Of a DNA stretch of 64,000 nt, positions 41,527 to 51,507 are shown one piece after another (the first letter of the stretch is position 1; every line of letters starts with the position of its first letter). The translations under genes were made by a program, and so were the position numbers. The notes under the pieces were generated by a model, which was not told the DNA's origin, did no database searches, and worked only from the letters and a program-made list of their open reading frames with translations. Origin of the DNA: Bacteroidota bacterium (GTDB lineage Bacteria > Bacteroidota > Bacteroidia > AKYH767-A > 2013-40CM-41-45); NCBI GenBank assembly GCA_031361545.1, contig JANLRG010000511.1:91-64090 (forward strand), given 5' to 3'.

Positions 41527-41556
41527 CAAAAAAAAATCCTCACGGAAGTGAGGATT
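41527..41556 (-). terminator. rho-independent terminator of the downstream T9SS gene (minus strand)
   Basis: AATCCTCAC-GGAA-GTGAGGATT hairpin preceded on the plus strand by A8, which is a T-run on the minus strand. Confidence 0.7.
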
Positions 41557-41579
41557 TTATTAATAAATATCTGTAATAA

Positions 41580-42338
41580 TTATTTTCTTAAAACGACTCT
41601 TTTAGAAGTTTCACCTTTATCAGATTTTAATTTGATAAAATAAACTCCATCATTCAATTCACTTAAATCAAAAGAGGGATTCGTTTCATTTGAACGAACT
41701 GCATAACGACGAATTTCATTTCCAACTAAGTCTGTGATGATTACTTGAGCATTCATCGGATTGTTGATTGAAAGACTTACTTGTCCTCTCGTTGGATTTG
41801 GATACGCTGCAAAAGCAGCAACAGAAGTTTCTGTTACACCCGTAATTGTGTGGATTGCACAGAAATCATCAAAGGCTACGTTACCAGAATCTTTGTCGTA
41901 AAAGAACTTTACTTTTATGGTTCCCGGTGTTAGGACATAAGATCTAACTGAACTTACACCTGCAGGAATTGGGAAAATGACATCTTTCTGAGTAAAGTTA
42001 ATTCCATCGGAAGATTCTGAAATATAGAATTTACCTTGAGCTAATGATCCACCATTTGAAGCATTTCCTTTCATCCAAAAACTAATTGAATCGTTTCCTG
42101 TAAGGTCTGGAGTAATCATATAAGCGCTATCGATTCCAAATTTATATGAATTCGGACCGCTTGGGCCTGAACTTCCTACACTTGTATAATAGCTAAATCT
42201 CGAAAAATAATTCAACGTCCAACCGTTGTAATTAGCATTCGAAGTTGTTGAATCGTACGTGTTCCAATTTTCGCAAATCTGTGCGTTTGAAACAAGAGCT
42301 GAAATGACTAAGGCAATGAGAGTAAAGAGTTTTTTCAT
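41580..42338 (-). CDS. secreted protein with T9SS C-terminal sorting domain
   Basis: Signal peptide and C-terminal Por_Secre_tail (GVYFIKLKSD ... VVLRK). Confidence 0.6.
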   Translation of the reverse strand: MKKLFTLIALVISALVSNAQICENWNTYDSTTSNANYNGWTLNYFSRFSYYTSVGSSGPSGPNSYKFGIDSAYMITPDLTGNDSISFWMKGNASNGGSLAQGKFYISESSDGINFTQKDVIFPIPAGVSSVRSYVLTPGTIKVKFFYDKDSGNVAFDDFCAIHTITGVTETSVAAFAAYPNPTRGQVSLSINNPMNAQVIITDLVGNEIRRYAVRSNETNPSFDLSELNDGVYFIKLKSDKGETSKRVVLRK

Positions 42339-42535
42339 TTATTTTATTTTTTTTGACTGTCTCAAAGATAAGTAAAATGCTAGATCAGCCAAACATTTTT
42401 AGCCTTTAAAATTGGATTTTTGTCAATCTATAATATGAAATTAACATTGCCTTCATTTTTAATTTTTTGGAAATTAAGTCTAGATTTTGCTTTCAATATG
42501 CCATTTTCAAAATTAATACTAGTTCAAATAGGTCT

Positions 42536-43123
42536 TTATTTTCCATTGAAATCTGACATGGTCCGATCTACGCCAATTCCTATAAAGCTCTTCAGCATTT
42601 GAACTGACAGATCAATTCGCTCCTTCAATGTTTTCTGCTCCTCTTCTCCCCATTGCCCTAAGACATAATCGACCTGTTTTCCTTTTGAAAAATTATTTCC
42701 TACTCCAAAACGCAATCTGTTGTATTCTGTGGTATTCAATACATGGGCGATATCTGTCAATCCATTATGTCCTCCATCACTACCTTTTTTTTTCATTCTT
42801 AAAGTCCCAAAAGGCAAGGCAAGATCATCTGTTACGATCATCACATTCTCCAAAGCAATTTTTTCAATCTGCATCCAAAAGTTCAAGGCCTTACCACTTA
42901 AATTCATATACGTCGTTGGCTTGATAATCACTATTTGTTTGCCTTTGTATTTGGTATGATGAATCATTGCTAACTTATCGGTAGCAAAAAGTTTAGCTGG
43001 TTTAATTTCATCCTTCACTAAATTTTCCGCCAAAGCATCTGCAATTAAAAAGCCGATGTTGTGCCTGGTAAATTCATATTCAGAACCAATGTTGCCCAAA
43101 CCAACGATAAGAAATTTGCTCAT
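42536..43123 (-). CDS. pth: peptidyl-tRNA hydrolase
   Basis: MSKFLIVGLGNIGSEYEFTRHNIGF N-terminal signature. Confidence 0.9.
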   Translation of the reverse strand: MSKFLIVGLGNIGSEYEFTRHNIGFLIADALAENLVKDEIKPAKLFATDKLAMIHHTKYKGKQIVIIKPTTYMNLSGKALNFWMQIEKIALENVMIVTDDLALPFGTLRMKKKGSDGGHNGLTDIAHVLNTTEYNRLRFGVGNNFSKGKQVDYVLGQWGEEEQKTLKERIDLSVQMLKSFIGIGVDRTMSDFNGK

Positions 43124-43251
43124 GGCAACGAAGATAAGAAAGTTGTTAGAAAGGCGATCGACAGGTTTTTAAAATACTTTCAACATTCAATGCTCAACAA
43201 ATTAGTTAAGGTATTTCCACAATTTTTTTTTGGACTTCTATTTCTATCCGT

Positions 43252-43291
43252 CAAAAAAAAAGTCTATCAATCCTAAGATCGATAGACTTTT
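43252..43291. terminator. bidirectional terminator hairpin downstream of rplY
   Basis: A8-AGTCTATC-loop-GATAGACT-T4. Confidence 0.65.
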
Positions 43292-43311
43292 TAATTACAT
43301 AAAATTTGTGA

Positions 43312-43938
43312 TTACTTTTTAGCAGGAGCTGGTGTTGCAGCTTTAGCAGCTGGTGTTGCAGCAGCTTTAGCATCAGTTGTTGCAGCAGAAGCAGCAGCAC
43401 GAGTTGTTTTAACACCTGTGATTACGTTGTTCGGGCTATTTAAAATTTCTACTCCTGGAATAACAATGTCTTTCACACGAACATCGTCGCCAATCTCCAA
43501 TTTATCGATACTGATATCAATAGAATCTGGAAGATCTTTTGGAAGTGCAGAAACTTTTAACTGACGAGATTTCGTTGTTAATTGTCCACCGGCACGAACA
43601 CCAACAGCGTTACCTGAAATTTTTACAGGTATGTCCATAGTGATTTTTTTTGTTTCATCGATTTCTAAAAAATCGATGTGCTGAATTTTATCAGTCACTG
43701 GATGGAACTGAATGTCTTTCATCATGGCTTTGTAAGTAGTGCCTTCTACGTTCAACTCAACTGTGAATACATTTGGCGTGTACACCAGTCCTTTTAGAGA
43801 GAGAGCCGGCGTACTGAAATGGATTTGTTCTTTTCCACCATAAAGTACACATGGAACTTTTCCCTCTGCTCGCAGTTGGATGTTTTCCTGCTTCGTTTGA
43901 GCTGCTCTTTTTGTTCCGTTAATTGAAATTGATTTCAT
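43312..43938 (-). CDS. rplY: 50S ribosomal protein L25 / general stress protein Ctc
   Basis: L25/Ctc N-terminal beta-barrel (RAEGKVPCVLYGG). Ala/Lys-rich tail. Confidence 0.85.
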   Translation of the reverse strand: MKSISINGTKRAAQTKQENIQLRAEGKVPCVLYGGKEQIHFSTPALSLKGLVYTPNVFTVELNVEGTTYKAMMKDIQFHPVTDKIQHIDFLEIDETKKITMDIPVKISGNAVGVRAGGQLTTKSRQLKVSALPKDLPDSIDISIDKLEIGDDVRVKDIVIPGVEILNSPNNVITGVKTTRAAASAATTDAKAAATPAAKAATPAPAKK

Positions 43939-43950
43939 TGTTTTTATTTA

Positions 43951-44916
43951 TTAATTTGATAAGAATAATTCATTGATACTTTCATAAACATAAACGCGAC
44001 GAATAATACGTGCAAACATTTCTGCTGTTGAAATTACTTTTATTTTAGAACACTCTTGACGCAGTGGAATAGTATCTGTCACTACTAATTCTGTGAGTCG
44101 GCTGTTCTCTAATTTTTCATACGCTTTACCTGAAAGAACAGGATGAGTACAGAAAGCGCGTACACTCGTTGCTCCTTTATCGAATAACATATCGGCCGCT
44201 GTTGTAAGCGTACCGGCAGTATCTACAATGTCGTCAACTAGTATGATGTCTTTGCCTTCAACTTCTCCTATGACCATCATGCTATCAATTTCATTGGCTT
44301 TCTTGCGATGCTTGTCGCAAATCACCATTTCTGAATTGAAGAATTTAGCATAAGATCTCGCTCTGTTTACACCGCCCATGTCTGGAGCAGCGATAGTAAG
44401 ATTTGGTAAATTTAATGACTGTATGTAAGGAACGAATAATGATGATGGCTCTAAGTGATCCACTGGAACGTCGAAGAATCCTTGAATCTGCGGAGCGTGT
44501 AAATCCATTGTTACAATGCGTGTAACTCCAGCGGCGCTAAGCAAATTAGCAACTAACTTTGCTGCTATGGAAACTCTCGGTTTATCTTTTCTATCGGAAC
44601 GAGCAAACCCGAAATAAGGAATCACTGCAGTTATATAGTGTGCAGAAGCACGTTTGGCTGCATCAATCAACATCAATAACTCCAACAAATTATCGGAAGG
44701 AGCAAATGTTGATTGGATAATGAAAACATCACAACCTCGTATTGATTCATCGAAGGAAGGTGAAAATTCACCGTCGCTAAATCGAACCACGTTCACGTTT
44801 CCGAGAGGAAGACCGTAACCTGTTGCTATTTTTTCGGCTAAATAGCGTGTTGATGTTCCGGAGAACAATTTTACGGTGCGCTGTTCCATTACCAGACTCA
44901 TTTTTAAGGGCTGCAA
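43951..44916 (-). CDS. prs: ribose-phosphate pyrophosphokinase
   Basis: PRPP synthetase motifs (DLHAPQIQGFF; VDDIVDTAGT). The true start may be an internal ATG (MEQRTVKLFSG). Confidence 0.9.
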   Translation of the reverse strand: MQPLKMSLVMEQRTVKLFSGTSTRYLAEKIATGYGLPLGNVNVVRFSDGEFSPSFDESIRGCDVFIIQSTFAPSDNLLELLMLIDAAKRASAHYITAVIPYFGFARSDRKDKPRVSIAAKLVANLLSAAGVTRIVTMDLHAPQIQGFFDVPVDHLEPSSLFVPYIQSLNLPNLTIAAPDMGGVNRARSYAKFFNSEMVICDKHRKKANEIDSMMVIGEVEGKDIILVDDIVDTAGTLTTAADMLFDKGATSVRAFCTHPVLSGKAYEKLENSRLTELVVTDTIPLRQECSKIKVISTAEMFARIIRRVYVYESINELFLSN

Positions 44917-45293
44917 AGAAAGTAAAAAAGACCGACAAGGTCAAGGAAATAGTACACTTCTCACTTTAATAAAGTGAAAATGGACGATTGATATTGAAGA
45001 ATTTAAATGAGGAATTAGGATAAAAACGAACATAAAATAATGATTGTTTTTTCTAAAACCTGATTGGAGTAAAAATTCAAAGATTATTATTCATTTGTAG
45101 CTGCTTGTAATGATAGCTCACGACGCATTATTTCGAGTTGAACGCTCTTCTAATCTTAAACTCCTCTCTTTTATGATGATATAATCCTATCAAATGAGGT
45201 TTTAAATTTTTATTCTATCATCTTATTCTTAATTTTAGCAGCGTTTCCCTTTGAATGTAAGCCACACATTTTCAGATATAAGCGCCACTTATT

Positions 45294-48200
45294 ATGAATG
45301 GAAGCCATTTGATCACACAATTTTTCCTAAAAACATATTCTCTTTTTTTATCATTTGATAGGAAAAGAGCGGTCGTCTGCTCCATTTTCTTTTGTTCCCT
45401 CTTTCCCGCTAAAGCTCAACTCATATTAAACAATACGCCAACTCCATCTCAATTGGTCAATCTTCTCACTGGACCAGGAGTCACTATTTCAAATGTAGTT
45501 TATACTGGCTCCACTTTAGCACGAGGAAGTTTTACGGCGGCAGGGACAAATTTAGGAATCAACAGTGGAGTGGTGCTTTCTACTGGAGATATTTCTGATG
45601 GTATTGGTCCCAATTTATACGATAGTTCTGGTGTAAATTTCGGTTTACCCGGAGATGCTATTCTGGACGTAATTGCAGGAGCTACTACTCATGATGCAGC
45701 TATTCTTGAATTCGATTTCATTCCACAAAACGATACAATTTCATTTCGTTATGTTTTCGCCAGTGAAGAATATCCGGAATATGTTTGTTCTAATTATAAT
45801 GACGCTTTTGTTTTTAATATTTCTGGTCCGGGTATCGCTGGAACTCAAAATATGGCCATCCTCCCCGGCAGTGCAATTCCTGTTGCCATCAATACTGTAA
45901 ATCCTGGTGTGAGTGGCGCCTTCGGTGGAGGAGGAACTTGCGATACTACACACTCTTCTTACTATGTAAATAATGTTGGAGGAACAACTTTAGAATTTGA
46001 TGGGTTCACAACTGTTCTGACTGCTACTTCTGTCGTTATACCTTGCCAATTATATCACTTACGCATTGCCATTGCAGATGCTGGCGATGGTGTGTGGGAT
46101 AGTGCAGTGTTCTTTGAACAAGGAAGTCTGTCTTCTACACCAGTCATCTATGCAGGCGTTGATCAAACTTTTTGTAAAAATGCTATTGTTAATCTTGGTT
46201 CTCCTGCTGTTTCTGGTTGGACTTACTCTTGGTCACCGACTGTCGGTCTTTCGAATCCTTCAATTTCAAATCCGGTTTTGAATTATACAAATAATGGTCT
46301 TCTTCCAGTTGTTCAAACTTATACTGCCACAGCTAATTCTGGAAGTTGTACGCTGACTGATACGATTTCAATCACCATTAATCCACAACCAACTTCAACT
46401 TTTATTGCACCAACGCCCCTTTGCGCTGGTCAGCTTGGCACACTCACATACACTGGAAATGGAAGTGCAACTTCTTTGTTTGGATGGAATTTTTCTGGTG
46501 CATCGGTTACTGGTAATAATCCGGGCCCGTATCAAATTTCATTTTCATCTCCCGGCGATTATAATGTTTCATTGTATGTTTCAGAAGCAGGCTGCTCTTC
46601 CCCGGTTATTCAAAATACAATTCATGTTTCTCAAAATCCTGTTGCTGCAATTGTGTCTTTAATAAATGCTTGTGCTGGTGATACCATTACATTATCGTCC
46701 GCAGGTAGTCTTGCTGGTGCAACGGCAATTTATAATTGGAATTTCGGAACAGCTACAGTTATCAGTGGTAATAACCAAGGACCATTTCAAGTAGTTGTTT
46801 CTGCTGCCGCTGCAACAAATTTTTCATTAACGATTACTGATAGTTCTTGTGTTTCAAATTCTGTAACCGTTCCTTTCACCGTTAAACCTTTGCCTCTTGC
46901 AACTGTCGTTGCTCCCATCAATGTTTGTTCTGGAACAACGGACACTGTATTTTTTGTTGGAAGTAATTTGGCAGCTTCATCTTATTCGTGGAATTTTCCA
47001 AATGCTATATTGATCAGTGGAGCAGGAGCGGGGCCATTTATTTTAAACTGGAATTCTACAGGTGATCAACCAATTTCTGTTCAAGTGAACGATAATGGTT
47101 GTATTGGAAAAGACTCAACTTTAGTGCATGTAGATCTCCAGCCTGTCGCTGCTTTTTCTAATTTTCCTGTTGCTTGTATGTATGATTATGTTGAATTTAT
47201 TTTTAATGGTATTGCTGACGACAGCACAAAGTATAATTGGATGTTTGTGAATGGATCAGTCTCTAACTCTAACAATGCAGGACCACACGATTTATATTGG
47301 GATAGGGCAGATACTTTTTCTGTTTCATTAATTACGTCGAATGGATCTTGTAGAGACACAGCAATCAATACAATTATTATTAATGAAAAACCGGTAGCAG
47401 ATTATTCTACAACATCAGTTTGTGTGAATGATACAACAGGAATAATTAATAATTCATTTTTTACTGATAGCATTGGAAATATTTTTGAATGGAATTTTGG
47501 AGATTCGACTACGAGCAATGATTTTTCTCCATCACATTTATATTCAACTTATGGAAATTTTAATGCACAACTAATAATTACTACACCAAAAGGATGTAAA
47601 GATACATTAGCAAAAACTGTTGAAGTTTATCCATTGCCAAAAGCGGTTTTTGCTACAGATACAGTTTGCTTCGGATTGTCGAATCATTTTGGAAATTATT
47701 GTTCGATTGTAAATGGAACGATTACAACACAGAGTTGGAATTGGGGAGATACTACAACTGCTATTGGAAATCAAAGTACGCATCACTATTCACAAGCAGG
47801 AGATTATTATGTTCAATTGTTTGTGACTAGTGATAAAGGTTGTAAAGATAGTATTGTGAATGTTGCTAAAGTGATTGAAACTCCTACAGCAATCTTTAAT
47901 CCCGATTTTACTTCTGGTTGTGTACCATTGATGGTTCAATTATTTGATCATACTAATTCAGCAGACGATTCATTAGTCAATTGGCAATGGAGTTTTGGTG
48001 ATGGCTTTTTAAGCATTGATTCATTTCCCGCTCATACTTTTACAGCTCCTGGAATTTATTCATTGTACTTACAAGTTACTACCTCTCGCGGATGTACTAG
48101 CGATACAACTCTGGATCGGTATGTCACAGTTTATCCTGTTCCGCAAGCAAACTTTTCTTTCTCTCCCGAATCTCCAGATGTTATTTTGGCACATGTGAAT

Positions 48201-48656
48201 TTTTATGATCAGTCATCACCAGTAAATTTGTGGTCATGGAATTTTGGTGATAGTACTTTTTCATCGGATCAAAATCCTGATCACCTTTATGATTCAGCAG
48301 GAGTTTATTTCTCTAGTTTAATTGTTACGAGTGAATTTGGATGCAAAGACACTGCATACAGAGAAATTGTTGTGAAAGATGATTATACACTTTGGATACC
48401 AAATGCATTTACTCCTAATGGCGATGGGAAAAATGATATCTTCGAGGTGAAATCAGAAAACGTGATTCATTTCAAAATGGACATCTTTGATAGGTGGGGG
48501 ACATTGATTTTTACTACTGAAAATATTTTAAAAGGTTGGAATGGTGAAGTGAAAAACAGAAAGGCACAAATGGATACTTATGTTTATAGAATTGCAGTTC
48601 ACGATACCACCTCAAAAGAACACATCTACATTGGACATCTTAGTCTTATTTATTGA
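45294..48656 (+). CDS. large secreted adhesin-like protein: N-terminal choice-of-anchor-like domain, multiple PKD-like modules, T9SS type B (gliding motility-associated) C-terminal domain
   Basis: PKD-type WNFGD/WSFGDG repeats. C-terminal hallmark YTLWIPNAFTPNGDGKNDIFEV ... GHLSLIY. Confidence 0.75.
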   Translation: MNGSHLITQFFLKTYSLFLSFDRKRAVVCSIFFCSLFPAKAQLILNNTPTPSQLVNLLTGPGVTISNVVYTGSTLARGSFTAAGTNLGINSGVVLSTGDISDGIGPNLYDSSGVNFGLPGDAILDVIAGATTHDAAILEFDFIPQNDTISFRYVFASEEYPEYVCSNYNDAFVFNISGPGIAGTQNMAILPGSAIPVAINTVNPGVSGAFGGGGTCDTTHSSYYVNNVGGTTLEFDGFTTVLTATSVVIPCQLYHLRIAIADAGDGVWDSAVFFEQGSLSSTPVIYAGVDQTFCKNAIVNLGSPAVSGWTYSWSPTVGLSNPSISNPVLNYTNNGLLPVVQTYTATANSGSCTLTDTISITINPQPTSTFIAPTPLCAGQLGTLTYTGNGSATSLFGWNFSGASVTGNNPGPYQISFSSPGDYNVSLYVSEAGCSSPVIQNTIHVSQNPVAAIVSLINACAGDTITLSSAGSLAGATAIYNWNFGTATVISGNNQGPFQVVVSAAAATNFSLTITDSSCVSNSVTVPFTVKPLPLATVVAPINVCSGTTDTVFFVGSNLAASSYSWNFPNAILISGAGAGPFILNWNSTGDQPISVQVNDNGCIGKDSTLVHVDLQPVAAFSNFPVACMYDYVEFIFNGIADDSTKYNWMFVNGSVSNSNNAGPHDLYWDRADTFSVSLITSNGSCRDTAINTIIINEKPVADYSTTSVCVNDTTGIINNSFFTDSIGNIFEWNFGDSTTSNDFSPSHLYSTYGNFNAQLIITTPKGCKDTLAKTVEVYPLPKAVFATDTVCFGLSNHFGNYCSIVNGTITTQSWNWGDTTTAIGNQSTHHYSQAGDYYVQLFVTSDKGCKDSIVNVAKVIETPTAIFNPDFTSGCVPLMVQLFDHTNSADDSLVNWQWSFGDGFLSIDSFPAHTFTAPGIYSLYLQVTTSRGCTSDTTLDRYVTVYPVPQANFSFSPESPDVILAHVNFYDQSSPVNLWSWNFGDSTFSSDQNPDHLYDSAGVYFSSLIVTSEFGCKDTAYREIVVKDDYTLWIPNAFTPNGDGKNDIFEVKSENVIHFKMDIFDRWGTLIFTTENILKGWNGEVKNRKAQMDTYVYRIAVHDTTSKEHIYIGHLSLIY

Positions 48657-48671
48657 TTATAATTATGAACT

Positions 48672-48900
48672 CATAAGGAATAATTAATAAGGAATAATTA
48701 TTAAGTAATAATTTTTTGACCTCTGACCTCCGACTGTAAACTTTTAACTTTAACCTTATTCCTTAAAACCCCTCTGACTTTTTGAACTTTAATCTTATTC
48801 CTTATTAATTATTATTTATTACTTAAAATTCCTCTGACCCCTGACTTTTAACCTTTAACTTTATTCCTTATTATTTATTAATTAATAATTATTCCTTTAC
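48672..48900. repeat. family B composite repeat with internal inverted arms (ATAAGGAATAATTAATAAGG ... TGACCTCTGACCTCCGACTG ... CTGACTTTTAACCTTTAACTTTATTCCTTATT)
   Basis: The TGACCTCTGAC and TTAACCTTATTCCTTA motifs are shared with 31321-31440 and 32481-32545. It sits between convergent genes. Confidence 0.75.
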
Positions 48901-48903
48901 TTT

Positions 48904-49449
48904 TTAATCATCTTCTCTAATGAGCGAAATTTTATTGTCATCTACATTATACAGCATAGGAACCACAGTAATTTTTGGGTAGCGCAATCGCAATCGTTTT
49001 GCTTCACTCACTGCAAAATCTTGTTCGTTGCCTATTTCATACATAGGAGCAAAATGCATGAAATGGTCTTCAGCATATTTTTTATCCCACCCAGCTTTTT
49101 CAACCAAGCCATTGATAAATAAATCTTTTTTAGAAATTAAATTGACCATGCCGCAATTATTATGACCAATAATTGCAATGTGGTGTATGTCGCCCACAGA
49201 AATTGCATACGACACTTTAAATTCACTGTATCGTAAATTTGCTCCTCCAGCTCGAATGATGAAAGCGAAATTGTCGGGGATGTGTAAATGCTTTCTGTTA
49301 TCCATACACATACCGATAAGTAACTTGGCGTGAATGTAAGTCTCTAATGGTTTATCTAAATTGTGATATTCCAATAGATTTCCAATTGGAGTATCTAAGT
49401 ATTGAGGAAAAATATCTTCTCGTGAATTGATAGCAATCAAACGACTCAT
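48904..49449 (-). CDS. beta-class carbonic anhydrase-like protein
   Basis: CMDNR (CxDxR) and GHNNCG (HxxCG) zinc-ligand motifs separated by about 50 aa, with FIIRAGGANL between them. Confidence 0.45.
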   Translation of the reverse strand: MSRLIAINSREDIFPQYLDTPIGNLLEYHNLDKPLETYIHAKLLIGMCMDNRKHLHIPDNFAFIIRAGGANLRYSEFKVSYAISVGDIHHIAIIGHNNCGMVNLISKKDLFINGLVEKAGWDKKYAEDHFMHFAPMYEIGNEQDFAVSEAKRLRLRYPKITVVPMLYNVDDNKISLIREDD

Positions 49450-49505
49450 GTGTTCTTGTTTTTAGTAAAGAAATAATTTTGTTAAATGAAATAAAAGAGA
49501 AAGAG

Positions 49506-51101
49506 TTATTTCATAGTGCTTTTGATAAATTTCTTTGTGGAAATTACACCGTTGTAATCGCATTTCATCAGATAAATTCCTACTGGCAGACTTTCAATTG
49601 AAATATCAGTTAAAAGGCTATTCACTTTAATCGTTTTTAAGTTGTGACCGTGCAAATCAAAAATGGAAATGAAAGCATCTTCATTATTAAAACTTTTATC
49701 AATACTAATCTGTAATTTGTCAGTCGCAGGGTTTGGTGCAATATTAAATGAAAGGGAATTACTCAATTCTTTAATAGTTGAATTCACGCAAAATATATCA
49801 GACATAGCAGTGATACTATTTTCAGTAAAAACTATAGGAATATTCATTGTGGCTGCAACAGAAGAATTAGAGCCTGTACTATCTGTAAATATTGGCGAAC
49901 CCGTTAAAATAGTTACTGCTTCAGTGTTACATGCACTGTAACCATAAACATACTTCGCAGCAAAAGCACTTCCTAAGGTATCACTTGTCGTGATAATAAA
50001 ACCAGCTTGAATGGCAGACTGATCCTCTGTTAGCAAACCGTAGGCTCTGCTACTGCCAGTAGTTGTACCTGCTAGCTCATAGCTCAACATCGTTCCGGTA
50101 TTCCTATCAATGTGCATGAATAAATTGTGTTCTAATGCGGCGGAATTACTAGTGTGGCCAGACAGAATAATTTCATTGCTTGACATTGTACCAGATCCAA
50201 TATTGTAAGTACGATCAACAGCAGCCGTTCCGTATGTTTTATTGAGATATCGATTTCCATTTAAATCATATTTGACAAATAGCCCATCTAAATTTCCGCT
50301 AACAGTTCCTGTGCTTGAAGCACCAGAAACATAAATCGTATCGCTTGCATCTGTAAATGAATGATAGAATGTCTCCGTACCTGTTCCGCCACTACTCTTT
50401 GACCAGTTTACAAGGCCAGATGAATTTGTACTAATAATATACCCGTCAAAATTAATTCCTGGTGAACGTTGTGTTAAGCCCGTGAAGATATAGTCATTTC
50501 CTGGTGTGATTGAAACACCATTTAATTCCTGATTTAGATTTTGAGAAAATGCTTTGCTCCATAAAATTGTTCCTGCATCGTTCACTTTTATTGCATAACC
50601 CGATTTTAAAGTTGTGCCAAATGAATAAGTGTATCCGGAAATAATCAAATCACCATTGTTGTCAATGGCAAGATCCGTTCCTTCGTCGATGTCTGTCCCA
50701 CCGTAACGATTACTCCATAGTATAGATCCGTCGGCAGCAGTTTTTATCAAAAAAATATCATCATACGGTGGATTATTTTCAAACGTATATCCCATCAGGA
50801 AAAGCTCGCCTGTATTTTTACAAACTATTTTTGTGCTAAAAATATCTATAGAAAATGAAAACGATTTACTCCATTGCAAATTTCCATCATTATCTGTTTT
50901 CACTAATAGTGCATCAGTTAATTGTGATGTTGTATCAATGGTGTTTCCTAAAAAAGCATAGCCGCCATCGGTAGTTCGACACACACTAAAAAATTCATCG
51001 TAGGTATTTGAATTGCCAAAACTCTTTTGAAATTGTGTTTGGCTGAATGCTGTGATTGTACAAAATATAACAGCAATAAAGGTACTCGCTAATTTTTTCA
51101 T
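49506..51101 (-). CDS. secreted beta-propeller-like protein with T9SS C-terminal sorting domain
   Basis: Signal peptide. Repeated ILWSK/YGG blades. C-terminal Por_Secre_tail (GIYLMKCDYNGVISTKKF). Confidence 0.55.
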   Translation of the reverse strand: MKKLASTFIAVIFCTITAFSQTQFQKSFGNSNTYDEFFSVCRTTDGGYAFLGNTIDTTSQLTDALLVKTDNDGNLQWSKSFSFSIDIFSTKIVCKNTGELFLMGYTFENNPPYDDIFLIKTAADGSILWSNRYGGTDIDEGTDLAIDNNGDLIISGYTYSFGTTLKSGYAIKVNDAGTILWSKAFSQNLNQELNGVSITPGNDYIFTGLTQRSPGINFDGYIISTNSSGLVNWSKSSGGTGTETFYHSFTDASDTIYVSGASSTGTVSGNLDGLFVKYDLNGNRYLNKTYGTAAVDRTYNIGSGTMSSNEIILSGHTSNSAALEHNLFMHIDRNTGTMLSYELAGTTTGSSRAYGLLTEDQSAIQAGFIITTSDTLGSAFAAKYVYGYSACNTEAVTILTGSPIFTDSTGSNSSVAATMNIPIVFTENSITAMSDIFCVNSTIKELSNSLSFNIAPNPATDKLQISIDKSFNNEDAFISIFDLHGHNLKTIKVNSLLTDISIESLPVGIYLMKCDYNGVISTKKFIKSTMK

Positions 51102-51507
51102 GGGTGAAATTTTTAATAAACTTTTTATTTTAGCAAAGATATAAAAAGGACGTTTCTAAATACGTGGCCTTGAAAAATCACATTAAATATCTTATCAATT
51201 GTTCATTCCAATTTTATTTTATTCAAAGTCTATTTTGCCATTTTAATTGGTATCTATTACACGGTTGTCAATAAAGAATTTGAACAATTAATCTGATGAT
51301 GAATTTCGAAAGGAGATCAAATGACTGAAATCAGAGTTTATAGTTTTTAAAATGATCTAATTTCTTACAGTTCCCATTGTTTAAGTAACAGAATAATGCA
51401 TTGAACGTAATTAACTACTCAATCAGAAATCTCTTTACAGAGTGTAAGGCATACAGAATATTTAACTGCGAAGACAAAATTGCTTTAACCGAATATACCC
51501 ATTTATC

